NCBI GenBank assembly: GCA_963796685.1
Contig: CAWCMR010000008.1
Coordinates: 128,001-192,000 of the forward strand
Direction: 5' to 3'
Origin: an uncultured delta proteobacterium
GTDB lineage: Bacteria > Myxococcota_A > Polyangia > Fen-1088
DNA: 64,000 nucleotides
Positions 18,550 through 29,076 of the stretch are shown in pieces. A program made the position numbers and the translations under genes. How positions within the stretch are numbered: position 1 is the stretch's first letter; each line of letters opens with the position of its first letter. A model generated the notes under the pieces. That model made no database searches. It saw only the letters and a program-made list of their open reading frames with translations, and had not been told where the DNA came from.

Positions 18550-19407
18550 CTAGAGTTGCTGCTGCTTGAGGCGCGCCAAATAGTCGCGCGGTGAACAACC
18601 CATGGTTTCCTGAAAGACGCGATGGCACTGGGCATAGCTGCCGAACCCGGAGCGAAAGCAGGCGTCGAGCAGGGTAAGGCGTCCTTCACACGCAAGCTCG
18701 ACGAAGTGTTCCAAGCGAAGCCTTTGTCGGTAGGTCACCAGATTGACGCCCAGTTGCTCCGCGAATTGACGGCTGAGAGCTGCGGGGCTGATTCCCACGC
18801 GCTGGGCGAGGGTCTCTCTCGACATAGCCGGATCCTGGGACAGCAGGCGCATGCTTGCCCGGACTTCAGGCGAGACGATGCTGTCCGACGTCCTTGCGCC
18901 AGACCCGTCGAATGCTTCCCAGGCGTCGAGCAGTGAATAGGCAAGTCCGGCCTTGCGCAGGTCCACGGAGCTCGACTGCCTAATCCTGGCCAGCTCTTGG
19001 TCCAGTCGGCGCGTGTCCCTCCAATCGATGACTCGACACTGCTCGCCTCCGGGCATTCCAGAGCGCAGCGCGGCATGCGAGCCGCTGCTGCAGGTGCGAT
19101 CGATCAGCTCGGGTAGAAGCACCACGATCCACATTTCGAAGTCGGCGGTCCGCTCTTCTGCGTGGTGGTTCTGTTCCGGGTACAGCCACAACAAGGAGCC
19201 GACACCGAGGGCGTAGCGTTTCCCGTCGACCTCGTAGTGGCCGCGGCCCGAGACGACGAGGTTGAACTCCAATCCTTCGTGACGGTGGCGAGGATGATAG
19301 TACCCGTTGCCACGATGGGGCCACACCGTGCCCCCGCAGGTCTCTGGAATTGCCAGCCGCTCGATGATGGACAGCCGTGGATCTATTCTGGACTGTTGGA
19401 TGTCCAT
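18550..19407 (-). CDS. AraC-family regulator (cupin + double HTH)
   Basis: HRHEGLEFNLVVSG; LAQRVGISPAALSRQF; SGFGSYAQCHRVFQETMGCSPRDY. Confidence 0.92.
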   Translation of the reverse strand: MDIQQSRIDPRLSIIERLAIPETCGGTVWPHRGNGYYHPRHRHEGLEFNLVVSGRGHYEVDGKRYALGVGSLLWLYPEQNHHAEERTADFEMWIVVLLPELIDRTCSSGSHAALRSGMPGGEQCRVIDWRDTRRLDQELARIRQSSSVDLRKAGLAYSLLDAWEAFDGSGARTSDSIVSPEVRASMRLLSQDPAMSRETLAQRVGISPAALSRQFAEQLGVNLVTYRQRLRLEHFVELACEGRLTLLDACFRSGFGSYAQCHRVFQETMGCSPRDYLARLKQQQL

Positions 19408-19485
19408 GGCGCCTCCTCCCACGAATACAACACATGGCCCGGCAAGAATGTGCAACCGAAAACTTCGTTCGTGTATCATGCGAAC

Positions 19486-20386
19486 GTGAAGCCCGGTTCG
19501 GGTCATCCAGCGAGCCTCATCGTCCTCACCAGCATCCTTCACCTGGCTTGCGGAACAGCACGTTCTTCCTCCGCCCCTCCGGCGTATCACTTCACGCAAG
19601 ACTGGTTCGTCGGGAAGGTCTCCTGGCCTGACCTGCTGCGCGAATATCGTGACAAGCCCGACATCCGCTATCTGGAAATCGGTGTGTTCGAGGGCCGCTC
19701 GCTGTTTTGGATGCTCGACAACATCCTCACGGGTAACGGCGCGTCTGCCGTGGCTGTCGACTTGTTCGAACCGAGCTATGAGGGCACCTTTCTCGAGAAT
19801 CTCCGGGTGTCGGGAAAGGCCAGCCGCGTCCGCATCCTCAAGGGTCGCTCGGACAGCGTGCTGCACACCTTGCCCGTGAATTCCTTCGACATCGTCTTCA
19901 TCGACGGAAGTCACGCCGCTCGCGATGTGCTGACGGATGCCGTCCAGGGATGGCTCCTGCTGGCCGACCACGGCCTGATGATCCTGGACGACTACGGAAA
20001 CGAGAAGCCTCGCGACGAGTTCTTATCGCTGTCCCGGGTCCCCGACGAGCTCAAGCCTCGCGTGGCCATCGACGCCTTCATTACGGCTTTCCGCGGAGAA
20101 GCTCGATATCGTGCAGCGAGACTTTCAACTCGTGGTCAGGAAGCGCGCGCCGGCCTGCCAAGATTGGGTCTGTTCCACCGGCCAGAATTGGTTCTACGAC
20201 TGGGCGCAGCGGCGGCTTTTCAAGAGAAAAACCCGAGAGCCCATCCCGCTTACGGAAGAACAGCGGCGTGAGCTAGAATTCATCCTGGCCACCATGCCGT
20301 TCGGTGCCACGACTCCGGAGCCAAGCCAGGAATGCCTTGCCAAGGCCCCGTGCAAGAGCGTGGTCGAGCTCTTGACCGCGCCGTAG
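19486..20386 (+). CDS. Class I SAM-dependent methyltransferase (Methyltransf_24-like), +1 frameshift at ~20100
   Basis: YLEIGVFEGRS, FDIVFIDGSH, GLMILDDY. Removing one base in GA[A]GCTC restores ELDIVQRDFQLVVRK. Start uncertain. Confidence 0.82.
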
Positions 20387-20482
20387 GCGACGAGCCGCGG
20401 CGGAAACACACAAGATCTGGCTTTCAGATGGCAACCGCATCAAACTGGCTAAGAGCGGCCCAGGGCCGCCCAAGCTGCATCG

Positions 20483-22741
20483 ATGGCCACCATCAACCGA
20501 GATCACGCCAAGCTCATTTGTGACATTGGGGAGCTGTCCGCCATCATCACCGACGCGTCCGATCTCGACGCCATGTTGCAGAAGATCGTCGATACGGCCG
20601 CCGGCCACATGGAGGCCGACGTCTGCTCGGTGTACCTCTTCGACGAGGCCTGCAAAGAGCTGGTTCTGCGGGCTACGCGCGGTCTTCTGCCAAGCTCGGT
20701 AGGCAACGTGCGCCTGCGGCCGGGAGAGGGCCTCACCGGCCTGGCCTTCTCGGAGCAACGCCCGATCTGCGAAGCGGACGCGCCCTCGCACCCCGCCTAC
20801 CGGTACTTTCCTGGCATCGGCGAGGAGGTCTATCGCTCGTTCGTCGCGGTGCCCATCCTACGCGGCCGCCGTCCGGTGGGTGCCATGACCCTGCAAAGCA
20901 AGCAGCCCGATCACTTTTCGGCCGAAGACGTCCAAGTCTTCCGCGCTATCACCATGCAGCTTGCCACGACCATCGAGATGGCCCGTCTGCTCCTCACCCT
21001 GGAAGCCCCGGCCGCATCGATCGCGCCGACACCAGGCCTTTCCGACTTGCGCTTCGTGCACGGCCAGGTCGGCGCCGAGGGTGTGGCCCTGGGCGAGGTC
21101 GTGCTCATCCGGCAGCCATCCCTGGCCGAGATCCGCGCTCTCATAGGCAGCGTGACGTTGGAGTTGCCCGATTTCCGCCGGGCCGTGGACGCCACCGAGA
21201 AGCAGCTGGAGCACCTCGAAAAGCTCGCGGGGGAGCGCCTTTCCGACGTGACCGCGGTGATCTTCTCGGCGCAGCTCATGATGTTGCGCGATCAAAGCTG
21301 GCTGGGCGCAATGGAGGAACAAATCGCGGCCGGTACGCCTCCCGCCGAGGCCGTTTACCGGGTGCTCCTCAACTATGTCGAGCTCTTCGACCGCATGGAC
21401 AATGCGTACATGCGCGAGAAACGCTACGACGTGATGGACGTGGGCCGCCGGCTGCTCGCCAACCTGTCGGGTCATCGCGCCGTCGAGTCTCGCATCGAAG
21501 GACGCATCGCCATCGCCGCCGAGCTTCTGCCCTCCGATGTCCTCAAGCTGGGCTTGGAGAAGGTCGGCGGCATCGTGCTCCTGTCCGGCGGCGTGACCTC
21601 GCACGTCGCGGTGCTGGCGCGCTCGCTCGATCTGCCGCTGATCTTCGTCGACGAACCGCGCCTGCTCGCGATCCCCGATGGCACGCGCGTGGTCCTCGAC
21701 GCCCGTCAAGGCAACCTGTTCGTGGCGCCCGACGAGGAAGTCGAGCAGCACTTTCGCGAGCAGGAGGACTCGCGTCGCTCGGCCCCTCAGTCGGCCGAGG
21801 GCATGCGCGAGAAGACCCACACCGCCGACGGGACGCGTGTGCGCCTCCTGGCCAACATCAACCTGCTGGCGGACGTCGAGGTCGCGCGCGCGTACAAGGC
21901 CGAGGGCATCGGACTCTATCGCACCGAATTCCCCTTCATGATTCGCAACGATCTTCCCAGCGAGGAAGAGCAGTTGCGTATCTACCGCCGCCTGGTCGAG
22001 GGCATGCCGGGCCGCGAGGTCACCTTCCGCACCCTCGACGTGGGCGGCGACAAGGTGCTCTCGTACTTCGACTATGCCGCCGAAGCCAACCCCTTCTTGG
22101 GTTTGCGCTCGATTCGCTTTTCGCTCCGTCACCGTGACGTCTTCCTACAACAGATTCGCGCCATCCTGCGCGCCGCCCATGACGCCAAGGTGCGCATCAT
22201 GTTTCCCATGATCTCCTCGCCGGACGAGCTGGCCGCCGCGACCGATGCGGTCGACGAGTGCCGAGCTGCCCTCTTGCGTGAGGGCATGCCCGCCTGCCAG
22301 CACGTGCAGCTGGGGATGATGCTGGAGGTCCCGTCGGTGCTGGAGATGATGGACGAGCTCGCTCGACGGGCTGACTTCTTCTCCATCGGCACCAACGACT
22401 TCGTCCAGTACATGCTCGCCGTGGATCGCACCAACGTCAACGTCGCCGATCTGTACATTCCACACCACCCCGCCGTGCTGCGCGGCCTTCATCGCGCCAT
22501 CACGGCAGCCTTGCGCCACGGCCGCGATGTCTCGGTGTGCGGCGACATGGCGCATGATCCACGCTTCGTGCGTTTCCTGCTGGGCATCGGCGTACGCAAG
22601 TTCAGCATGAGCGCGCGCTACCTGCCGCGCGTCCAGGAAGCCATCTTCTCCACCGTCCTCGAAGAGGCGCAGGGCTTCGCCAAGCGCCTCCTCGCCGAGA
22701 GCTCGGTTTCCGGCGCCACCCGGGTTCTCGAAGCCGGGTGA
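20483..22741 (+). CDS. ptsP: GAF-containing PEP-protein phosphotransferase EI(Ntr)
   Basis: N-terminal GAF; TSHVAVLARS phospho-His; GIGLYRTEF, NPFLGLRSIR, SIGTNDFVQY, VCGDMA. Confidence 0.95.
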   Translation: MATINRDHAKLICDIGELSAIITDASDLDAMLQKIVDTAAGHMEADVCSVYLFDEACKELVLRATRGLLPSSVGNVRLRPGEGLTGLAFSEQRPICEADAPSHPAYRYFPGIGEEVYRSFVAVPILRGRRPVGAMTLQSKQPDHFSAEDVQVFRAITMQLATTIEMARLLLTLEAPAASIAPTPGLSDLRFVHGQVGAEGVALGEVVLIRQPSLAEIRALIGSVTLELPDFRRAVDATEKQLEHLEKLAGERLSDVTAVIFSAQLMMLRDQSWLGAMEEQIAAGTPPAEAVYRVLLNYVELFDRMDNAYMREKRYDVMDVGRRLLANLSGHRAVESRIEGRIAIAAELLPSDVLKLGLEKVGGIVLLSGGVTSHVAVLARSLDLPLIFVDEPRLLAIPDGTRVVLDARQGNLFVAPDEEVEQHFREQEDSRRSAPQSAEGMREKTHTADGTRVRLLANINLLADVEVARAYKAEGIGLYRTEFPFMIRNDLPSEEEQLRIYRRLVEGMPGREVTFRTLDVGGDKVLSYFDYAAEANPFLGLRSIRFSLRHRDVFLQQIRAILRAAHDAKVRIMFPMISSPDELAAATDAVDECRAALLREGMPACQHVQLGMMLEVPSVLEMMDELARRADFFSIGTNDFVQYMLAVDRTNVNVADLYIPHHPAVLRGLHRAITAALRHGRDVSVCGDMAHDPRFVRFLLGIGVRKFSMSARYLPRVQEAIFSTVLEEAQGFAKRLLAESSVSGATRVLEAG

Positions 22742-22991
22742 GTGAGACGGCCCCGCCCGGGTCCTCGGGCTGTCGAGTGTCGAAAACGTGCAGCATCCGC
22801 TTGCCATGGGCTGGGACCATCGCGCACAATCCTTGCAGTGGTCCCAGCACAGGCCAGGGAAGATGCCAGACGAGATCAAGCTGTTGCCGGTTTCTCTCGA
22901 TAGGTGCAGCGAACGACGTCCGGCCGGGCAAGAGTGATTTTCCAGTCGCTGGCGGGAAAGACCACCGCGCGGAAACTGCTAGAGATCCTCC

Positions 22992-24596
22992 ATGAATGGC
23001 GAACACGACACCCCCATCGGAACCCCGGTGGTCATCGCTCCGGGAAAAATCTTCCTGGTCGGCGAATACGCCGTGCTCGACGAAGGTTGCGCCGTCTTGG
23101 CCGCCATCACCCTGCACGCCAAGGCCCAATTCATTCCGCGCATGGACGCCATGCCCCCCATGGTCTCGGAGCTGGTCAGACGCGCCAAAACCGAGCTTGG
23201 TGAGGCCGCGTCCGCGCTGCCACCCGGCTCGGTTTTGGTGAACGCAGATGACTTCCATTCCGGCCACGCCACCGGCGGTTTGGGCTCCAGCGCCGCCATC
23301 GCCGTGGCAACGGTGGGCTCGGTGTACGAGTCGCTGGGCCTGGCCATCGAAGAGCACAGACAGCAGATCTTCGCCATCGCTGACGCTGGGCGACGAACTG
23401 CCCAGGGTGACGTGGGGTCAGGCGCGGACACGGCGGTCGCCACCCACGGAGGTCTGGTTCAAGTTACCCGTCACAAGGACACGCTTCCCCGCATCGACTA
23501 TTTGACGGCCCCGGCCGGCCTGCACCTGGTGCCGTTCTCGGCCGGCCGCTCGATCTCCACCCGTCAAATGACGGTCGGTCTACGTGCATACGCGCGAGAC
23601 GAATCGACGGCCTTCGAATACGCGATGGCGAGTCTGCGCGAGATCGCCCATCGCTTCGTTGCAGAATTGACCGCCGGGCGCGCCACGGGCGCGGTGGTCG
23701 CCGCCGGCAGGTATGGCGAGGAGCTGGCCAGGTTGTCGGCGGCCGCGTCGGTCCCCATCGTGACGACCGCCTTCGAGCAGGCCTCCAATCTGGCTCGCGA
23801 GCTCGGTGGCATCGCCAAGCCCATCGGTGCGGGCGGCGGAGAGATCGGCCTGGCCATGTTCGCCACGCCGGAGGCCGCGCAATTGTTCAGGACGGCATGC
23901 ACCAATCCGCTCGTGCCGCTTGCAGGCGACCTCGAACCCTGCGGCGTACGCTGCCACAACTCCGAAAAGACCTCGGAAGACGCCATCGAGGTCGAGGAAG
24001 CCGTGGTCGAAGGAGGCGAGGTCGAAGGAGGCGAGGTCGATGAAAGCGAGGGCGATGCGTCGCCCGAGCCAATCGTCATCGAGCCTGCGCCCGTTCGCGC
24101 ACTCGCTCGCATCGTCGTGACCGCGGAGGAGTTGGACACGGTACGAGAGCGGAAGGCGGATGAGCTCGTGACCGTACGCATCGGCGAGCTGCGTGGCCGA
24201 CGACGACGGCGCATCATTTCGGCCGCCGCCATCGTTCTCGCGGCGGCAGCGGCGTGGTACGCGTTTCCCAGGACCGCCGGGATTCATGGCAAGAGCACGC
24301 CGAAGGCGTCCAGCACGGGTGAAGCTTCGCATCCGTTCGTCGCGATACCCCAAAAGGGAGCAGCGTCCCCGGAAGGCATCGCGGCCCCCGAGGAAACGGC
24401 CGCGCCGGCGGATGTGCGTCCTGCAGCCGCCGTGCCGGAAGCGCCAACCCTCACGCCGGCGCACGAACATGGACATAGGTTCGAGTCGACTCGACACCCG
24501 CACGGTGCTCCGTCTCGCGGACAGGCTTCCGCATCGCGGCCTCGCTCCGCAAGACCGGCACGCCGCGCTGGCAACCTGTCCGCGGACGATTTCTAG
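22992..24596 (+). CDS. GHMP (mevalonate/phosphomevalonate kinase-like) domain fused to acidic linker, TM helix and extracytoplasmic tail
   Basis: APGKIFLVGEYAVL, GLGSSAA, GSGADTA, KPIGAGGGE; then E-rich linker, RRRRR-IISAAAIVLAAAAAWY, Pro/Ala tail ending LSADDF. Confidence 0.85.
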   Translation: MNGEHDTPIGTPVVIAPGKIFLVGEYAVLDEGCAVLAAITLHAKAQFIPRMDAMPPMVSELVRRAKTELGEAASALPPGSVLVNADDFHSGHATGGLGSSAAIAVATVGSVYESLGLAIEEHRQQIFAIADAGRRTAQGDVGSGADTAVATHGGLVQVTRHKDTLPRIDYLTAPAGLHLVPFSAGRSISTRQMTVGLRAYARDESTAFEYAMASLREIAHRFVAELTAGRATGAVVAAGRYGEELARLSAAASVPIVTTAFEQASNLARELGGIAKPIGAGGGEIGLAMFATPEAAQLFRTACTNPLVPLAGDLEPCGVRCHNSEKTSEDAIEVEEAVVEGGEVEGGEVDESEGDASPEPIVIEPAPVRALARIVVTAEELDTVRERKADELVTVRIGELRGRRRRRIISAAAIVLAAAAAWYAFPRTAGIHGKSTPKASSTGEASHPFVAIPQKGAASPEGIAAPEETAAPADVRPAAAVPEAPTLTPAHEHGHRFESTRHPHGAPSRGQASASRPRSARPARRAGNLSADDF

Positions 24597-24610
24597 GAGA
24601 CCGCCCGGCT

Positions 24611-25082
24611 TCAGTCCAACCTGCGCGAGCTTCTCCCGGATCGACTCCACCAGGACTTCCAGCAGTCGCTCGGCGGAGACGGGCTTGAGCAGATAGCGAT
24701 GGGCACCGCATTCCACGGCTGCGCGTGCGGTGGCGAAGGCAATGCCGCTCGATAGCAGCACCACGGGAAGATCCGCCCGCTGTTCGTGAATGCTCTGCAG
24801 CGTCCGATCCTCGCAATCCAGCAGAGGATCCGCGTCTCCGATGACGACATCGAACGGATGCTCGGTCACGAGGCGAACCGCGCCCTCGCCCTGCGCGACT
24901 CGTACGACCGCATAGCCATACGCCTCGAGGGCACGTCCATATCGCTGCGCCAGCTCGGCGTCGTCGTCCACAATCAGGACCGACGATCGCGGTCGGGTGG
25001 GTGCGGACTCGGCGCGCGCGTGGTTGGAACCCGTGAAGATTGTGTTCGTCGACTCCGGGTTGCCCTGTTGCTCCTTGGCCAC
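24611..25082 (-). CDS. Single-domain response regulator receiver, probable +1 frameshift at ~24631
   Basis: VLIVDDD, FDVVIGD, PVVLLSS, GAHRYLLKP. Removing one A in GA[A]GCTC gives a stop at 24611, just beyond the convergent gene. Confidence 0.8.
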
Positions 25083-25218
25083 GATCTGAACATCGACCTA
25101 CACCGAAGGGACTTGAGCCCTTTCGGGTGTCGACGACGAATGTCCGCTCCTTTGTGCGAGCTCAGACGACATGGAGCCGATTTCCGCATACTGGTACACT
25201 TGCACGCGGAAAATCAGG

Positions 25219-25740
<522 letters not shown>

Positions 25741-25783
25741 AATCGCCTCCGGCCGATCCGGCAAGCGCACGAGAAAGGGACGC

Positions 25784-27151
25784 ATGAAGAAAAACACCGC
25801 GAGCGGGCTCACGCAATTCGGATTCACGTCCAAGCTGCCCTTGCTGTCATGGCGGGGAATTCTCTACCTGTGGCTGCCGCTCTTGGCCCTGCTCGTCTGC
25901 GGGATGATCATTTCGCAGAAGTTGATCCACCCCGCGCCGACCACCATCCGCCTGCTCAGCGGTCCGGAAGACAGCAGCTACCGCCACCACGCCGAAAAGT
26001 ACAAGAACATCATCGAGCGCTTCGGCGTGAAGGTGATCGTCCTACCTTCTCACGGCGCGCTCGACAATCTCGAGCAGCTGGCCAATCCCAAGGTGAATGC
26101 CGATGTGGCCTTCGTCCAGGGCGGCCTGACCGATGGCGTGGATACCTCCCACCTGTTTTCGCTCGGCAGCGTGTTCGCCCAGCCCCTCATGGTCTACTAC
26201 CACAAGAGCGAGCCGGTCGAAGTGCTATCCCAGTTGAAAGGCAAGCGCCTGGCCATCGGCCCCGAAGGCAGCGGCGCGCGCTCCTTGGCGCTCAAGCTGC
26301 TCAAGGCCAACGACATGGACGGGCCGCCGACCGTGCTGCTCGATCTCGTGGGCGAGGAAGCCGCCAACGAGCTCATCGCCGGGAAGATCGACGCCGCCTT
26401 CATGATGGGCGACTCGGCGACCCCGGCCATCATGCGCAAGCTGCGCAAGATCGACGACATCGAGATCGCCAACTTCCGTCAGGCCGACGGCTACTTGCGC
26501 AAGTTCCGCTTCCTGTCCAAGTTGACCCTGCCCGAAGGCGCCTACGACCTCGGCAAGGACGAGCCGCCCAAGACGCTGAGCTTGGTCGGCCCCACCGTCG
26601 AGCTGGTGGCGCGCAACAACCTCCACCCCGCTCTCTCCGACCTGCTCATCGGCGCCGCCCGGGAGGTTCATGGCGGGCCGGGACTTTTCCGTAATGCCGG
26701 CGAATACCCGGCGCCGCTGGCGCGCGACTTCCCCATCAGTCCCGATGCCGAGCGCTACTACAAGTCCGGCGCGCAGTTCCTGTACAAGAAGCTGCCCTTC
26801 TGGCTGGCCAATCTGCTCGATCGTTTGGTCGTGATCATCGTCCCGCTCTTGGTGATTTTGATCCCGGCCACGAAGGTGGTCCCAACGGGCTACAGGTGGC
26901 TGATGCGTTCGCGCATCTACAAGTGGTACGGCGCCCTGATGACCATCGAGCGCGCCATGCTCGCGCCTCCCACTGCGGAAGAGAAGGTCATTCTGCTCCG
27001 CCGCTTCGAGGCCATCGAGAAGGCGGTCAACGAGCTGAAGACGCCGCCATCCTTCGGCGATCAGCTTTATGTGCTCCGCGATCACGTCCGCTTGGTGCGC
27101 GAGCGCCTGTTTGCCGTGGCCCAGCCGATGGACCAGGCGCGCCCTCAGTAG
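25784..27151 (+). CDS. TAXI-family TRAP solute-binding protein, membrane-anchored orphan form
   Basis: N-terminal TM, GALDNLEQL, AFVQGG, GKRLAIGPEGSG, C-terminal LPFWLA TM and RSRIYKWYGAL...LYVLRDHV; no DctM partner nearby. Confidence 0.85.
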   Translation: MKKNTASGLTQFGFTSKLPLLSWRGILYLWLPLLALLVCGMIISQKLIHPAPTTIRLLSGPEDSSYRHHAEKYKNIIERFGVKVIVLPSHGALDNLEQLANPKVNADVAFVQGGLTDGVDTSHLFSLGSVFAQPLMVYYHKSEPVEVLSQLKGKRLAIGPEGSGARSLALKLLKANDMDGPPTVLLDLVGEEAANELIAGKIDAAFMMGDSATPAIMRKLRKIDDIEIANFRQADGYLRKFRFLSKLTLPEGAYDLGKDEPPKTLSLVGPTVELVARNNLHPALSDLLIGAAREVHGGPGLFRNAGEYPAPLARDFPISPDAERYYKSGAQFLYKKLPFWLANLLDRLVVIIVPLLVILIPATKVVPTGYRWLMRSRIYKWYGALMTIERAMLAPPTAEEKVILLRRFEAIEKAVNELKTPPSFGDQLYVLRDHVRLVRERLFAVAQPMDQARPQ

Positions 27152-29014
27152 TTGCAACCCTCTGGTTGAACGGCGGACGGAGAGGTCGAGCAGACTTGGC
27201 ACTGCATATCGAGCTGCGTGCCGGCGGGGAGTGGGCCGGCAGTTATCTCTGCTCGGGTCCGCAGGACGTTGACCAATTGACCGTTGAATGCGCTGGGGCA
27301 CTTCGTCGTATCGCTCGTGAGCTGCCAGCAGTCTGTTGCAATGGTGTCACTGGTCGCGCCTGCTCCACATTGAGGGATCGCCGTCGACGAGTCCACGTAG
27401 ATCACCTTGCTCGGGTCGTTCGGATCGACGGCGGGCGTACGGTAGACGACGCGACAATCCGGCTGCAGTCCTGGGGTCACCAGATCCTGGTCGGCCAGCT
27501 TGTCGTTGATGCATAGGTTTTGCAGGTTCTTGGCGATGCTGGCGCCGATGCCACTCATCGCGCCGGCGAAGTCAGGCTCGCAGATGCTGTACTTGAAACC
27601 GTTGCCGCCGAACTGGTCGATGAACGCCGACATGCGCAGACCTGGCGTGGCTCCATATCCAGCGGCAATCGCATCGAACCCGGTGGTCTGGTCCGTGGTC
27701 GCAACCGTGGGCATGTGATTCGGATCGTAGCAAACCGGCCATGTGTCGTAGACTGCAGGGTGGGCGGTGTCTGCGCTGTTTGGATTGGGAACCAAGGCGA
27801 TCTTGTACTGCGCGGTTGCTGGGTTGCTGCCACTCGGCGACCAGCCGAAAATGCCCGCCACGAGGATCTGGTTGGCGGGATCCGGCTTGAGATTCTTGAT
27901 TTCATCGGCCATGGTCTTGTAATCCCTGAGCGGATTGCAGGTCGTCGGATTCGAGACGTCTACGTCGCTGCTGCAGCTCGTCGCCCACGCGCGCCGCGCA
28001 GTTCGTCAAGGCCATCGAGAATGCGGCGGTGGTTGGATAACCGGGAGGTGGGTTCGTCAAGTTCACGCCGTTGCAAATGTGAGAGCGGGTGTAGCAGCGC
28101 AGACTGGCGGATTCGTTGTTCAGCTCCGGCTTGGCTCCAAACATCGCATCATTCGGCGCTGCCGAGCAGTCGTCCTCGTCGGTCAGAAGGACCAACCCCA
28201 GGTAGGCATTGCCACGCAGCATCTGGTGCTGCTGGTTGTTGACGTCGCCCAGGCCGCCGACGACGAACGCGAACTCGAAGGCTTGCAACTGGTGCTCTTC
28301 GCCACAACCCAGGGTGCCGAGGTTGCCAGCCAGGCAGGCGAACACGGTGTTGATGTCGCCGCTGAAATTGAGGCCTGTGTTTCCCTTGGTCTCGAGGTAT
28401 GTGGCATTGCTGGACACGCCACAGGCCGAGGCGCCGATCATCTGGAACCTGCCCATGTCCCCGAAGCTGGACATGGTTCCGTCAGACAGCGTCTTGGGTC
28501 CGCACGAGCCGCTCACATACGCTCCGCCGGTGCCGAGATCGCTGTCCAGGATGGCGACGCGCAGATCGGGCAAGGTCCCGTCGATGGGATCCTTGAGTGC
28601 CGCAATCAGCTTGGGAAAATTGTCTCTCAGCTTCTGCTGCTTCGGCGCCATGGACGGCGAGTTGTCGATCATGAACACCAAGTCGAGCAAGCGCTGGGGT
28701 GCTACCGAGATTCTGTAGTCGATGGTCGGAGTGCCGGACGGCGCGTCCGGACTGTCGGTCCCCGCGTCCGGTCCGGTCGCTGTCGTGCCGCCGGTCCCAG
28801 GCATTGCGCCGCCGGTCCCAGGCATTGCGCCGCCGGTCCCAGGCATTGCGCCACCGGTCCCAGGCATTGCGCCGCCGGCGCCGCCGGTCCCGGGTAGTGC
28901 GCTGTCGGTCCCGGGGGACGGGCCTATGCCGGCGTAGGGATCGGTCCCGCACCCTACCAACGTCAATGCCGAGAACAAGACCAAGGTGAGCTCATAGGTC
29001 GTTGTCTTTGTCAT
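27145..29014 (-). CDS. Myxobacterial-type Cys-rich vWA-like surface lipoprotein, frameshift at ~27979
   Basis: Lipobox LVGC; MIDAS-like LDLVFMIDNSPSM; GCGEEHQL, LLTDEDDCS. ORFs 27902..29122 and 27145..27912 join on removing one base. Confidence 0.82.
28787..28878. repeat. 21-bp tandem repeat x4 encoding (PGTGGAM)n linker
   Basis: GCCGCCGGTCCCAGGCATTGC repeated four times. Confidence 0.92.
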
Positions 29015-29076
29015 GCTTGGACCTGTCCCTCCAGATCGCGAGCCCTTACAAAAGAATCTGCGCAGTCGCCACCAGC

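Noticed and set aside
23580-25082. 500-aa response regulator overlapping the GHMP gene by 1 kb
   Set aside because: Only the first ~150 aa are receiver-like, and a single-base fix at the recurrent GAAGCTC error motif gives a stop at 24611.
25097-25127. Hairpin ACACCGAAGGG...CCCTTTCGGGTGT as a riboswitch upstream of the receiver gene
   Set aside because: A single imperfect stem with no recognisable riboswitch consensus.
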